Shown: positions 26,496 through 40,983 of the stretch, piece by piece | Numbering within the stretch: position 1 is the stretch's first letter | How the letters are laid out: each line of letters opens with the position of its first letter | Assembly (NCBI GenBank): GCA_951406725.2 | Contig: OX597829.1 | Location: forward strand, 4,030,001 to 4,094,000 | Length of the DNA stretch: 64,000 bases | Reading direction: 5' to 3' | DNA from: Octopus vulgaris | Taxonomy: Eukaryota | Position numbers and translations under genes: made by a program | The notes under the pieces: model-generated | Databases searched by the model: none | What the model was told of the DNA's origin: nothing | The model's input: only the letters and a program-made list of their open reading frames with translations

Positions 26496-27028
26496 GCCAA
26501 CCACTTGACTGGGTTGGCTGGTTGCTATTTATCATGGCATTAGCACTAGTAGGGTGACCAAATAACTTGTAATAACCCCTCGACTAAATGGGGTGGGTAT
26601 AGTATTGAAGGGAGTGGCTTTGTGCCAGGTGATGAAAGTATTATAAGGACAAGAGCAGGTTGTAGGAGCAATACATGGTTACCCCTGTTGGAAAAGTGAG
26701 AAAATGGTGAAGACATTGTGTCAAGGCATCTATGCTAAAGATCGTTAATGTATCTTGCGTTAACACATCCTTTTATTTTGGGTAATTGGTGTAATCAATT
26801 GATTGGTTCTTATTTTAATTCAGTTCTTGATGAAATGAAAGGTTAAACCAGCCTCCAACAGGATTTGTATTCCCCATGTAAAAGAATTCTACTATATACT
26901 GCTAGGTGCAAATACTAATCAATATTATTATAATTCTATTTTTCTTCAAAGATATTATTTTCTTGTATGTTTTTGTCTAGCAATTATTTTATTACATTTT
27001 TCTTTTCTTTTTTTTTTGTAACCTTTAA

Positions 27029-27249
27029 CCCTTTGGTGTTCAGAATACTCTGTTAAATGTAATACTTTTTCACTCAAATTGTTTTGAATTAATCATGCAT
27101 TATCTTATAGCTTTGAGGTTTCAATGATGTGATTGTTTATTTTCAGAATGGCATTGTAGGTTAGGAGTGAGAGGCTAGATATTGCCAGTTTGAATATAAA
27201 ACATGTAGAATATATTGGGCCGGATTTGGCTGGTTTAAACACTAAAGGG
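27029..27249. mobile_element. piggyBac-type MITE (family 2)
   Basis: TTAA|ccctttggtgttca ... taaacactaaaggg|TTAA. Homologues at 35110-35597, 57227-57427, 58878-59059, 60447-60647 and 62089-62309. Confidence 0.85.
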
Positions 27250-27599
27250 TTAAATTCTTATTTGTTCCGAAATTTACAACCAACAGTAACTCTGGGGCAT
27301 ATCCTTAAAATCCTTAAAAATGTTTCAGCCTGAAGGCTGTGGCCATGCTGGGGCACCACCGCTGTTTAATTATCATTTGAAATTAATAATCTTTCAATTC
27401 ATTTAATCAATAATTGTTTATCAGTTAATCTATACCTTTATTAAAATCCAGGTTGAGGAGGATGTCATAAAATTGTCAACTTCAGGCCTACTTCTGGTGT
27501 CAGTGATTCATTTTCCCTTCACAGCAATCCATTTCTCAACGTCAGCTGTATAGCATCAAGAAAGCAATTCATGATATAAAGGAAAAATTGTGTTTACCA

Positions 27600-27927
27600 G
27601 TGTAAATCTCTCATGGAAGCATCATCCAGCCAAAATGCAAATATGTGGGAAATTACCACCTGTATCATCTCTTGTGAAAGGTAGAAGAGTCCAGTTTGCT
27701 GGACATTGTTGTAGAGCTGAAAACGAGGTAATTTCTACTCTTCTCCTCTGGAAGCCATCTACTTGCAATACCAGAGGGCGCACACTCTCCTACCCTGATG
27801 TAATCTGCAGGGATACAGGCATCCAGCAACAGGACCTCCGTAATGCTATGATGGACCGTGAAGTCTGGCTTAGCATAGTAAATTCCATTGTCTCGACCAC
27901 GGTCGAACAATGATGATGATGATGATG
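27600..27927 (+). mobile_element. 5'-truncated RTE-clade LINE (3' end of ORF plus (TGA)n tail)
   Basis: LSWKHHP..RRVQFAGHCCRAENEVISTLLLWKP..RGRTLSYPD..AMMDREVW* is a typical RTE C-terminus, followed directly by (tga)n. Confidence 0.85.
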
Positions 27928-28191
27928 TATGTTTCTCTACACCACATTTGTAACTTAGCTGTTTGATAACTTAAGTACAAGAAAGAAATGTATACTTAGG
28001 AGTTGAGGTGAATGACTACTGTTCTTGGTTGTAGACGACCACAGTTCAATGATTGGAACTACTGAAAGAATATTTAAATATTTGATAATTTTTACCTTTC
28101 ACAATATGTGAAAGACAGGTGCCATGACCACAACCACTTCAACCAGCCTTCTAAACTGGTTCATAGATAATAAGAGTGAAATTCCTTATTA

Positions 28192-28590
28192 ACTCTTTTA
28201 CTTGTTTCAGTCATTTGACTGTGGCCATGCTGGAGAACCACCTTTAGTCGAGCAAATCGACCCCGGGACTTATTCTTTGGAAGCCCAGTACTTATTCTAT
28301 CGGTCTCTTTTGCCGAACTGCTAAGTGACGGGGACGTAAACACACCAGCATCGGTTGTCAAGCAATGCTAGGGGAACAAACACAGACACATATACATATA
28401 TATATATATATATACACACATATATACGACAGGCTTCTTTCAGTTTCCATCTACCAAATCCACTCACAAGGCATTGGTCGGCCCGGGGCTATAGCAGAAG
28501 ACACTTGCCCAAGATGCCACGCAGTGACTGTGAACCCGGAACCATGTGGTTGGTAAGCAAGCTACTTACCACACAGCCACTCCTGCGCCT
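28192..28590 (-). mobile_element. SINE family A, full length
   Basis: Reverse complement of 44462-44865; head begins ggcgcaggagtggctgtgtgg. Confidence 0.92.
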
Positions 28591-28879
28591 ATTAAAGTTA
28601 AATTTCTTTATTGTTTAATTTACATTAAGTGTTTTCTAGTCATGGCCATTCCATTTGTGTGTAGAACCCAGAAATTTGTTGCCCTTTTCCCATATGGTGT
28701 GATCTGAATAAGATTTGGTTTTCTATTTTTGGTAAATTTAGGGATTGTGTAAATGTTCCTCAGAAGTATTATCTGCTTTTTGATATGGAGACATCTTCTC
28801 TTTCACTTTTCCACATATACACAAAAAATTGCCTAAGCAAGTAAGAGAAGACTGTACTCAATACAAGATATGATGATTG

Positions 28880-29189
28880 ATACATACATACATACATACA
28901 TACATACATACATACATACATACATACATACATACATACATACATACAAACACATACATACAAACATACATACATACATACATACATACATACATACATA
29001 CATACATACATACATACATACATACATACATACATACATACATACATACATACAAACACATACATACAAACATACATACATACATACAAACATACATACA
29101 TTCATACATACATACATACTTACTTACATACATACATACAAACACATACATACATACATACATACAAATGCATGCATCCATCCATACAT

Positions 29190-29244
<55 letters not shown>

Positions 29245-29360
29245 TACATTCATACAAACACATACATACATACATACAAATGCATGCATGCATACATACA
29301 TACATGCATACATACATACATACAGACAGACAGACAGACAGACACACACACAGACAGACA
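28880..29360. repeat. (TACA)n/(CA)n/(GACA)n microsatellite block
   Basis: Directly visible. Confidence 0.95.
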
Positions 29361-31853
29361 GTGAACAGATGAAGGACAGTGGTGCTCACCACATTCAGTA
29401 AGAGTTACGTTTGATGAATCTTTGCTGTTTGTCTGCAGATGGGGAAATTTCAAAGTTTATTGAAAATTTTAAAATGTAATGTAGATTTCCGAGGTGAATC
29501 TCAGGAGATATTTCACCTTTTCTAGAAAATTTTTTTAAAAATGTTATAGAGGTTTAAAATTTGATCATTTTCACCTAGTCATCTTTTGCTGTCATTTTTT
29601 GCATGACATATTTTAATCTGAAACTGTAAATAAATCAACTAACTTCCTCTTTACTCACAAACATTTGATCCCTCATAACTTTTCATTTTTGGGAATTTTC
29701 AGAAAATTTTTGCAAATTTGTATTTTACACTTGGGAAATCATATGATTATGCAAAAAAAAAAAAAAAAAAAAAAAACCAACAGTTTTGAGGTGCATGATT
29801 TAATCTAAGGCCTATTTGGCTGTTATTTTTAGCACATTTCTTGACCAGGATACAACTGGCAGAAAATAGTGTTGAACCAAGTGCTTTCATGTAGACATTT
29901 GTCAATACATGCTATCTCGCAGACAAAAGAGTTCTCATGTTTGGTTTGTTACTATGGAAACAGGCATGAATGTGTCTGTGGCTTACGATTGGCTAAAGAT
30001 TACCCAAAATTTGCAAACTTTAGAAGTTAATAACTCTTTACCTATTGGTTTGTGGTGAGAAGGAATTTCATGGCATTGATTAGCATATAAAACTACATCA
30101 TTACACTGAATATGAAATAAATTCGAATAGAAATTGAAGAGACTGAAAACTAGCAGCCAGTCAGAAAAGATCTCATATTAATATTTATTTAATAACAATT
30201 TGATTCAGCTCCATCTAACTTATATAGACACACACACGAATTGGAAACACTAAGCAATGATGTGTTGAAATACAAATTTGTTGCCAGTTCAAATATGCTT
30301 ATCAAATACTAGAGTTTTTCTCCGTGACAAAATACAGTGAATGGCTTTCTTTAGGGTCTGAATATGCCTCTAGCATATTGAACTGGTAACAATTTTATAT
30401 ATGTATGTACACACACACGCATACATTGTAAGCTAATAACTTAAGTAACTGTTACTTTGAGTTTCACATTTCCAGTCTCTCTCATTTAACTATTCAGCAG
30501 AAAGACTGCTGTCCACAATCTTCTGTATCAAAATCTCTCTTTTTTTCAGTCACTTTTTCTCTATCCCTTCCTCTGTACCCCTTATTTCAGTCACCCTCTC
30601 TCTCTTTTTCTCTTTCTTCTCCTCTTTCTCACTTTCACTCAGCCTCAGTTTACCAACACTCCCTAGAGTCATCTCAGCAACAACACATGGTTCCTATGTC
30701 CTTTATTAACCCCAACCCTAACACTAACCCTCCATCATACTCTCTTCTGTTTGACTTCACACAAGAATCTTGAACTAAATTGCTAAGTCAGTGTTAAGTC
30801 AACTGTTATGTTTTCTTAACTACTCACCACTCCATCAGTTCTTCTGCTTGACTGAAGAATTAGGTTTGCTGTCTAATTAGTACAGTTACGCTGACCGACC
30901 AACACCCACACAAACCCACACCTGTCCACCACTCCACAGAACAAGCATTCTTACACAGTTTTATAAACAGGGGCCTTCTATGTGGTTAATCAACTTGGTA
31001 GAAATAGCAACCTGATCTCCCTCAAATCACACTTTACTGTCTTCAGTAAGAAAACACCACATTAAATAATGCCACCTTAGATGCCTCTGAAACAATGAGA
31101 CAGTCATGCCTGCAATGCCCTGTGATCAATCATATGTGATCTGATTTGGCTGTTGTTTCTAGGGGTTTGAGTAACTCAGTTTCTTATAATCAACTCTTTC
31201 ATTTATATGTGACAAACTCCAGTTAAAGGAAGAACTAGAGAAGTTTAAACAGAGAATATTGCCACAAATATGTTACAAGAAACTCCTAAACACACAGTCT
31301 TTAACTCTGCAATTATTATGTGGTCCTTTTGACATTTTGTTGGCCGCTAAGTTCTAAGTTCAAATTCCGCCATGGTTGACTTTGCCTTTTATCATTCTGA
31401 GATCAATAAATTAAATACTAGTTGAGTCCTGGGATCAATATAATTGATTTTAATCCCTTTCCAACAAATTTCAAGCCTTGTGCCTACAATAGAAAGGATT
31501 GTTATGTGGCCCTGTTAAAATAACATAATTGTTTTACCTTTTGTAAAATGTTCTTGCTTTGTTCAATGTGTGCATATGTAAGACACACACACACACACAC
31601 ACACACACATGCATGCACGCACGCACATTTTCTTCCTCTCTTTAATTTTCTTCATATATATTTTTATGTATATTTTCATACATACACATCTATGATAATA
31701 ATAATGATTTCAAAGTTTGGCACAAGGCCTACAATTTTGGGGGAGGAGTTAAGTCTGTTGCCCACTGTTCAAGTGGTACTTGTTTTATTGACCCTGAAAG
31801 GATGAAAGGCAAAATTGACCTTTGCAGAATTTGAACAAACACACACACACTCA

Positions 31854-31884
<31 letters not shown>

Positions 31885-31899
31885 TCATCATCATCATTA

Positions 31900-32228
31900 C
31901 TGAACTGCATGGCACCTTGGGCAAGTGTCTTCTACTATAGCCTTGGTCCAACCAAAGCCTTGTGAGTGGATTTGGTAGATGGAAACTGAAAGAAGCTTGT
32001 CATGTATATGTATATATATATATGTGTGTGTGTCTGTGTTTGTCCCCCCTAACATTGCTAGACAACTGATGCTGGTGTGTTTACATCCCTGTAACTCAGC
32101 GGTTTGGCAAAAGGGACCGATAGAATAAGTACTGGGCTTACAAAGAATAAGTCGTGAGGTCGATTCGCTCGACTAAAGGCGGTGCTCCAGCACGGCCGCA
32201 GTCAAATGACTGAAACAAGTAAAAGAGT
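31900..32228 (+). mobile_element. SINE family A, 5'-truncated
   Basis: ggcaccttgggcaagtgtcttctactatagcc ... gtcaaatgactgaaacaagtaaaagag. Confidence 0.88.
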
Positions 32229-33315
32229 ATCCACTTTTCCATGCTTATCGAAGTGGATTTTCCATAGCTGGATGCCTTTCCTGTCACCAACCCTCACTTG
32301 TTTTCAAACAAAGAAATATTTTCCCACGGCCAGACATATTTTCACAGAAGACTGAAAACAATCAACCTCAGAAGGGTGTGCGTGCGCACACACACACACA
32401 CAATTGCTGTTATGTGGATTATGTGGTTCTATGATTGCAAATCTCAGTGGCCAACCATGATTTCAGGGAAATCAGTTTCAACGTCAACCATTCAGCCATC
32501 TCTCACATAGAGCTGAAATAATCCTTTCTATTATAGGCTCAAGGCCAGCAATTTTGGGCGAGGAGTAATTGATTACATTGATCCCAATACTTCACTGGTA
32601 CTCATTTTATTGATCCTAAAAAGATGAAAGGCAAAGTCAACTTTGGTAGAATTTGAAAGTGGAATGTAAAGACAGATGAAATGCCTCTAAGCATTTTGCT
32701 AAGCATGTTAACGGTTTCTGCCAGCTCACTGCCTTTCATAAAGCTAAAATAACAACAAAAGCTGTTTGTTTATCTCAGCAACCACCGTACTGTAGAGTAA
32801 GGGAAAGTCCTACTGCAATTTACATTCGATTATAGGTTTGCTTGATCAGGTTTGGCGAGTGGTAAAAAAAAACCGACAACTCAACCAAGGGAAAATTGTT
32901 TGTTGTATTTTCATTCTTCCTCGGAACTGAAGAACAGAGATGGCTGCAACCACAAATATTTGCTGTGGTTTCTGCATCATGGTTTGAACTGACAACATTG
33001 TAGTTTACTCAAATAGTTCACTGACTTAGAAGCAATTACTGTAGCTTTGGCAGCAGCAGAAGGCTTTCATTGCACAACATACATACATATATACATATAT
33101 AGCTGAAGAAGGGGAATGTTCCTTGTGTTGTTTGTCTTGTTCTCTGTTTTTTCCTTGTTAAAAAAAGTCCGTTTCCTTGTTTGATTTTAGGTTTTCGTTT
33201 CTCGTTATGTTCTACGTTTATTTGTGGTGTCCTGTTCTCATATATGCATGTATATATACATATAGATGTAGGTATGTACATATATGTATGTATGCATATG
33301 TTTTATTTATTATAT

Positions 33316-33346
<31 letters not shown>

Positions 33347-33826
33347 ACTGCACTTGTAACATGAAGCAAAGAAAGGCTGGGGTAGGTGTTGTAGTCGAGT
33401 GTGGTGTCTACTGAGGTGTATAGTGTAGCATGGTAAAGTGTTGGTGTGGGTACAGTGGTGGTATAATGTGGTGTTCTGTAGAGTTACTGTAGTAGTGTAA
33501 TGGTGGTGGTGCGTTGTGGTTGTGAGTGTAGGTTGGCTGTAGTAAATAAATGAACAACTGGCTTTCCACTTCCCTAGGGTGTGATCACAGGCCAAACAAA
33601 TGATGATGGTGGTGGTGGTCGTGGTTTAGTGTGCAGCTTTTGTTTTCCTCTCTTCCCTTACCAGTAAGCATTGATAACACTCACTATGGCCAGTTCCAGT
33701 CAGGGCTATTGTCTGTCAGGATGGTGGTGGTGGTGGGACACACACCCACACGCCATTTATGATTGATTATCATGAGTACTAGAGGAGAGGTATTACATGA
33801 CACCCCATTCCCTTTCTCTCTCATAT

Positions 33827-33892
<66 letters not shown>

Positions 33893-33971
33893 GGACATAT
33901 ATGCATATATATGTATGTATATATATGGACATATATGCATATATATATGTATGTATATATATGTACATATA

Positions 33972-34010
<39 letters not shown>

Positions 34011-34759
34011 GCATATATGCATATATATATATATATAGGCATATGTATATATATATGTACATATATGCATGTGTTCATATACATACTCATACACATTCAC
34101 ATGCTACAAACATGCACTCCTTATAAACTATATATATATATGTCATTGTGTGTGTGTGTGTGTGTATGTGTATGTGGTGTTTGTATGTATTCAGAGTCAT
34201 GCATACACACACATACTTTTACATTTATATACATGTGTACATTTAGCATGGAAAGTGGACATTAAACAATGATGATGATACACACACACGAACACATACA
34301 CACACACACGAACACACACACACACACGCACTTTTTCATTTAACAGCTGCTCTCAACATATGGTAGGAACATTAGAATTTTAACTCAATTTTTTCGTAGA
34401 GGTCAAATTGAATTATTAACACAATAAAGGTTATTCCTTTGAGACATGTCTGGCTTTTTTATGGCTCTTCAATTGCGTTATTGAATAACATTGAGAAATC
34501 TCCGTTGTACCTGATACTTTCTGGGCCTTTGTGCTTCAGTGTATATATTTGTGCATATGTGTGTGTATTTTTTTATTTTATTTTTTCTTGTTTTTTCTTT
34601 CTTTTTTTTTTTTTTTAATGCAGTGAGCATGTGAAAGATTTGTGATAGGTGTTTTGTGTTTTGTATGTCCGTGAGTGTTGCAATATATTTTTAAATAAAA
34701 GAAATGGACAATTTAGCAATTAGCCTCTTAGATAGTTCAAGTACTACCTATTTCAGCTT

Positions 34760-34798
<39 letters not shown>

Positions 34799-35109
34799 GC
34801 ACGTATACATGTAATGTATGTGTGTATAATATCATTTATTTCCATTAACAAAGATATTGATTTCATCATTGGACATTAGGACATGTGTAAGAAGACTGGC
34901 CTACAGTTGACGTAATTAACCCTTGTACATGTATTACTAAATAATGATTTCCTTAATCCCTCGAGTGATAAGAAGACTCAAATCAATCCAAGACATGATT
35001 TGAACCCACATTTGGATTTATAGAAGAACAAAATTGAATGTTGTAATGCATTTAACCTGCTGTCCTCCTGCCCTTTTTATTATATTTTAATTACTTCAGG
35101 AACAATTAA

Positions 35110-35597
35110 CCCTTCAACGTTTAAAACAGTCATATCCAGCCCAAATATTCTACCTGTTTTATGTTCAAATTGTCAAGATCAGGCTTCTTACACCTACCCT
35201 ACAATGTCAGACTAAAAGTATTCAGTCACATCATCGAAATCCCAAAGCTGTGAGATAATGCATGATTAATTCAGAGCAATGTGAATTAGCATCATCATTT
35301 AGCATCCGTTTTCCATACTGGCATGGGTTCGATGGTTTGACTAGAGCTGGTGAACTAGAGAGTTGCACTAGGTTCCAACTGTCTGTTTTGGCCTGGTTTC
35401 TAAGGTTGGAAGCCCTTCTTAATGCCAGCTACTCCACAGAGTATACCAGGTGCTTTTAACATGTCACCAGCATAGTGCCTTTAACATGTTACTGCTATGA
35501 GTTCCTTAATGTGTCGCTTCCACGGGTGCCTTGAACGTATCATCAGCAAAATAAATACACATTGAATTTGACAGAGCAAACTGAATACTAAAAAGGT
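35110..35597. mobile_element. piggyBac MITE family 2 interrupted by a family C retroelement (about 35288-35548, minus)
   Basis: The MITE halves flank a catcatcattt..tccgttttccatactggcatggg insert. Confidence 0.7.
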
Positions 35598-36505
35598 TTA
35601 AATAAGGATAATGTCCAGTAAGACAATAGGCCAGCGAGCTATATTGATGTACAGTTGGTTATTAATATAGGCTGTTTTCTAATGAAACTGAATTTTGTGG
35701 AAAGGAACAGTAGAGTTCTGGTTTAGGCCAGGTGAACCCTAAAAAAAGCTGATATGCAAATCATGGATCTTGCATTCTTGACCCTCACATCCTTTATTTT
35801 TTCTTTTTTATTTCAGTCAAAGTTACATTGTCATAGGTGTGTGGGTAAAATGTTTGCTTCACAATTGCATGGTTCCTGGTTTCAATTCTACTTCATGATA
35901 CTTTGCACAAATGTTTTGGTGTCAGGTTGACTAAAACCTGAGGAGTAGAATTTTATTGACAGAAACTGTGTGAGAGCCCATTGGTTTTAATTAGTCAAAA
36001 TGTGTATATAACCTTGGATAAGAGGGAGAGAGACCCACTCTCTCTCCCTCTCTTTCTCAACTTTTACTCACAACAGATTTTCATTTTCTTTTACCAAATC
36101 CACTCAAAAGTCATGGTTAGTCCAAAGCTATAGGAGAAGATATTTGCCCAAGTTGTTTTGAGAAAATTTGGTTTAAATGTTTGACAACTCAGCACTGTCC
36201 ATTGGAGGGGGCGTGTTTTGCTCATACTGACATATACTTGTGTGTATATAGGTGACTATATTTATTAACTAGCTTAAAAGTTGCCTTACCAGGTGACTTT
36301 TATGCTGGAGGGCTCCTGTGGAGGATACTTTATGCATTGCGTACATATTAAATTTTATTAAACTTGACCAATATTTTTCAAGCAATGAACAATTTTCATC
36401 AAAACAATGACATAATTTGTTGACTTGGAACTTATTGCAAAGCTGCATGATAAACATTTTTCGACTTCCCATTCAGAGATCAGCACAATTTTTTTTCTAT
36501 CTAAC

Positions 36506-36605
<100 letters not shown>

Positions 36606-36909
36606 GTTAATTGTTTTCAACCATCACCACTATCACCACCACAAGTGCCATACACACACCATTCAGACTTCTGTCACCACCACCGTCAATACCTTTGACT
36701 TCACCACCTTCTCCTCTGCTACCGTCACTCTTTCACATCACTTACTATCACCGGCATCCCTGACCGCCTCCACAACCACCATCATCACCATTGCCTCTGC
36801 CTCTATCACAACTACAACTCATACTATTACTATCACCCTATTACCATCACAACCGTCAAGCTACTACTGCCTGCCCTCAGCATGTCTATGCCTACTATAA
36901 CTCTCACCC

Positions 36910-37010
36910 CAATATGTGGAATAGTAGAAGTGTCATTGAATAGTGAGAAAATAGGTCAAAGAGTGACACACTGACACACAGAAATTCATTTTGGCATTTA
37001 TTATTATAGA
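36910..37010 (-). mobile_element. Possible Helitron 5'-end fragment
   Basis: The minus strand begins a|TCtataataataaa followed by tgtgtgtcagtgtgtc, the same layout as the 5' end of the 38407-38702 element. Confidence 0.4.
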
Positions 37011-37476
37011 TGTATGTTTATATGTATGTATGTGTATGCTTGTATATTTATGTGTGTGTATGTAAGTATGAATGTATGTATGTGTGTGTATGTAAGTATG
37101 AATGTATGTATATGTATGTACATACATACACACACACACATATATGTATATATCTATGTATGTGTATGTACATACACACACACAGACACACATCATCATC
37201 ATCATTTAAAGTCTGTCTTCCATACTGACATAAGTTGAGTGGTCTTACAGCAGCCAACAGGTCAGAGGTCTGCACTGAGCCCCAACGTCTGTTTTGGCAT
37301 GATTTTGTTGGCTGGAAGACCTTCCTGATGTCAGTCACTTTACAGAATGTACTGGATGCCTTTTTTATGTGGCACTAGCTCTAGTGTGGTCACCAAGTAA
37401 ATCCAAGAGAGACACACGCAATACATACATGTATTTGTGTATGGGTAGATATATATATATATATACCCATACACAA

Positions 37477-37515
<39 letters not shown>

Positions 37516-37518
<3 letters not shown>

Positions 37519-37748
37519 CAAGCTGGCAGAAACGTTAGCATGCCAGGCAAAATGCTTAGCGGTATCTCGCCTCTTGCTACGTTCTGACTTCAAATTCCGC
37601 CAAGGTCGACTTTGCTTTTCATCCTTTCCGGGGGGTCGATTAAATAAGTACCAGTTATGCACTGGGGTCAATGTAATCAACTTAATCTGTTTGTCTGTCC
37701 TTGTTTGTCCCCTCTGTGTTTAGCCCCTTGTGGGTAGTAAAGAAATAA
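37516..37748 (+). mobile_element. SINE family B, full length
   Basis: aggcaagctggcagaaacgttagc ... gtgggtagtaaagaaata. Confidence 0.9.
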
Positions 37749-38020
37749 TATATATATATATCTGTATGTGTGTATACGTATGTGTGTATACGTATGTGTA
37801 TGTGTGTGTATATGTGTGTGTGTGCATGCATATGTGCACATTCATGCTGCTTTTTGGTTGTTATTGTTCTTATAGTTAGTGTTATTATGAATCATCACTA
37901 CTACTACTACTACAATAACAACAACAACAACAAATTGTGGAAGTTATATAATTTACCCACGCACTGGTCATCATTCTTTAAATTGCACTAAAATAATCTA
38001 GTTTAGATAATTAAATTAAG

Positions 38021-38058
<38 letters not shown>

Positions 38059-38242
38059 TTAAATAATTAATGTAAGTTTATATGAGAGTTTTCATACTAG
38101 GTAAATTTCTGCTACAAAACATTCATATTAAATCTTAACTATTTAAAAAATTTAAATGAACACTTGAAGTCATAAACTAATGAGAAATATATTTGGACAT
38201 TTTTTTCTTTTTGTGTGTATATACATAGTATTTAAAGAATAT

Positions 38243-38915
38243 GAGGCATGGTTGTGTGGTAGGGAGTTTGCTTTCCGGCCACATAGTTCTGGTTTCAGTT
38301 CCATGGTGTAGTGCCTTGGGGAAGTGTCTTCAACCATAGTCTTAGGCCAACCAAAGCCTTGTGAGGGATGTGCTACATGGAAAGAAGCCCATTGTATATA
38401 TATATACTAGCAGTATCACCCGGCATTGCTCGGGTTTGTAGGGGAAATAACTATATAAGCATTTTTAGAGAGTTATAGCCAAAAAATACCAAAAAAATGC
38501 ATTAAAAATGGAAAAAAATTATGGTAAATTTTTTTTTAAATCGTAGACTAATCGTAGACGCGCGCTAATACCCAGAAGGGCTCGATATGAATCACGACTA
38601 TAAGATACCCGGTTTTGGTTAAACTGCACCGCAAAATGTGGGAGTAGTTAGGAATCTAAATCGTAGGAGACAGACACACAACTTGACTTTTATATATAAA
38701 GATATATATTTGTATGTCTGTGTTTGTCCCCCACCACTGCTTGATGACTGGTGTTGGTGTGTTTATATGCCTGTAACTTAGTGGGTCAGCAAAAAGAGAG
38801 CGACAGAATAAGTACCAGGCTTTAAAGGAAAATGGTATTTGGGTTGACTTGTTTGACTAGAATCTTTCAAGGCTCCCCATCTTGCTTCTAATGACTGATA
38901 AAAGTGAATGATATA
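38243..38915 (+). mobile_element. Degenerate SINE family A split by a Helitron
   Basis: 5' half 38243-38400, 3' half 38705-38915. Confidence 0.75.
38407..38702 (-). mobile_element. Non-autonomous Helitron (296 bp)
   Basis: Minus strand: A|TCtttatatataaaa ... cccgagcaatgccggg hairpin ... CTAG|T, with an AT target and no TSD. Confidence 0.85.
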
Positions 38916-40734
38916 AAAACATAGGCAAAAATAACCTTAACTCTAATGTATTGGCCACATTCCCTCTCCTCACACACACACAAAAAACATGGTAAATAAA
39001 TAAATTATCTATAATACAGAAGTTCAGTGTATCAAAGTTAATCAGTGCAACAAATTGATTCTAGTTTAAAATGTACTGGATATTTATTTGCATGAAAGGG
39101 AAGCTTCTCACCTACAACATATTATTGAAGTATAACATTACATTTGTTAATGTAATCATTAAAATTGTTTGTATTTAATTACGAATTATTGGTAACTGTG
39201 TTTCTCAATTTTTTTTTATCCTGCTCTTTCCCCCGCCACTGATTTTCCAAATAACCTGCTCTTTCCCATGAACCAAGATAATATATATATATATATATAT
39301 GTATATATAAATACAGTGTACATTTAAACACATAAGAGATGGCCATGATAGGACATCTGACTCAGATGTCCTATTTTTCTATGAATAATATATAGTCTAT
39401 TGACTAATTTTTTCCTTCTTGCTAGACCACTGGTAGCAAAGAATTTTTCTATAAATTTTTTGCTGTCCTAAGATTTATTAATATACACATATATATATAT
39501 ATATATAAATAAATATATATGGCTCAGTGGATAGTGCATCAGGCTTACAATCATGAGGTAGTGAGTTCAAGGGCTGTGTGTTGTGTTCTTGAGCAAAACA
39601 CTTAATTTCACATTGCTCCAGTTCACTCAGCTGTAGAAATGAGTTGCAACATTCACTGGTACCAAGCTGTATTGGCCCCTTTGCCTTTCCCTTGGATAAC
39701 ATCGGTGGTGTGGAGAGGGAAGGCTGTTTACCCTATATATATATATATATATATATTACATGACTGATCAGGCTATCAGGTATTGTTACACATCACCAGT
39801 CACAACACACTTTTACATTGTTTATGTATGTGTGTATATATATATATATATAAATAATTGTTATCATTATTTAACATCCATTTCCCTTGCTGGCATGGAC
39901 TAGATGGTATATCAGGAGCCAACAAGCCAGAGGACTGTGTTAAGCTCATGCTTTTTGCCTGATTTCTGCAGTGAGAAACCCATCCTATGACTGACCACTT
40001 TATAGAGTGTAAGTTTCAGATTTAGTCCCACTGCACAGCACCTTGGGCAAGTATCTTTTGCAATAGCTTCAGACCAACCAAAGCTTCACAGGTGAGTTTG
40101 GTAGACAAAAGCTAAAGAAAGAAACCCATCATATATATAGTGTGTGCTTGGAAACCATTGAGGGTTGGTGGCAGAAAGGGCATCCAGGTACACAAAATTT
40201 GTCTCTGAATTTCATCTGACTCATGTGAGCATAGAAAAGTGGACATTACGATGATGATGATGACAATACTGATGAGAGATAGGAGGAGGAGGGTCATGTG
40301 TGCCCCCAAAATTGATTTCAGTTAAATAAAAATAAAACCATTGAAGTAAAACATACAAGTAAGGAACATACAAGAAGTCAAAGATCTGTGTGCAGTGACC
40401 AACTTAATGTGGTCAGCCAGTTTAACACCACCACCTGTTCCCTTGGGTACTCTTGATAGAGTTCACTCTATTACTACTACTGAGATGAAGTCTCTTCAAT
40501 GTTAGGGTAACTAACAAGCCATCATTCCTTTTCCTCACTTTCTTCTTCACCCTTTGTCAGAGACTTTGTATAAACTGGCCACTAGGTGCTGCTATCTTGC
40601 TTCCTTATTACCCATTAATTAGGTACTACCCATCTCCTCTGATTAAGCTGTAAACAGAACAAATACTAAAAAAAAAAAAATGCTTCAAACAATAGTGACC
40701 TGCTCATTATAAAATAATGAGAGATTCTGATAAA

Positions 40735-40983
40735 TCATCATCATCATCATTTAACTGCTGCTTTCCATGCTAGCATGGGTTGGACGATTTTGACTGAGGA
40801 CTGGCGAACCAGATGGCTGTACCAGGCTCCAATGTTGATCTGGCAGAGTTTCTACAGCTGGATGCCCTTCCTAACACCAACCACTCTGAGAGTGTAGTGG
40901 GTGCTTTTTATGTGCCACCTGCACGGGGGCCAGTCAGGTGGTACTGGCAATGACCTCGCTCGAATCTTTTTACACGTGCCAGT
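40735..40983 (-). mobile_element. Family C RTE-related 3' end
   Basis: (cat)n tail then gctttccatgctagcatgggttggacg...ctacagctggatgcccttcctaac. Confidence 0.85.

Noticed and set aside
28769-29453. Cluster of MYVC/HTYI ORFs (similar clusters at 5545-5913, 8048-8440 and 33684-34272)
   Set aside because: Microsatellite translations.
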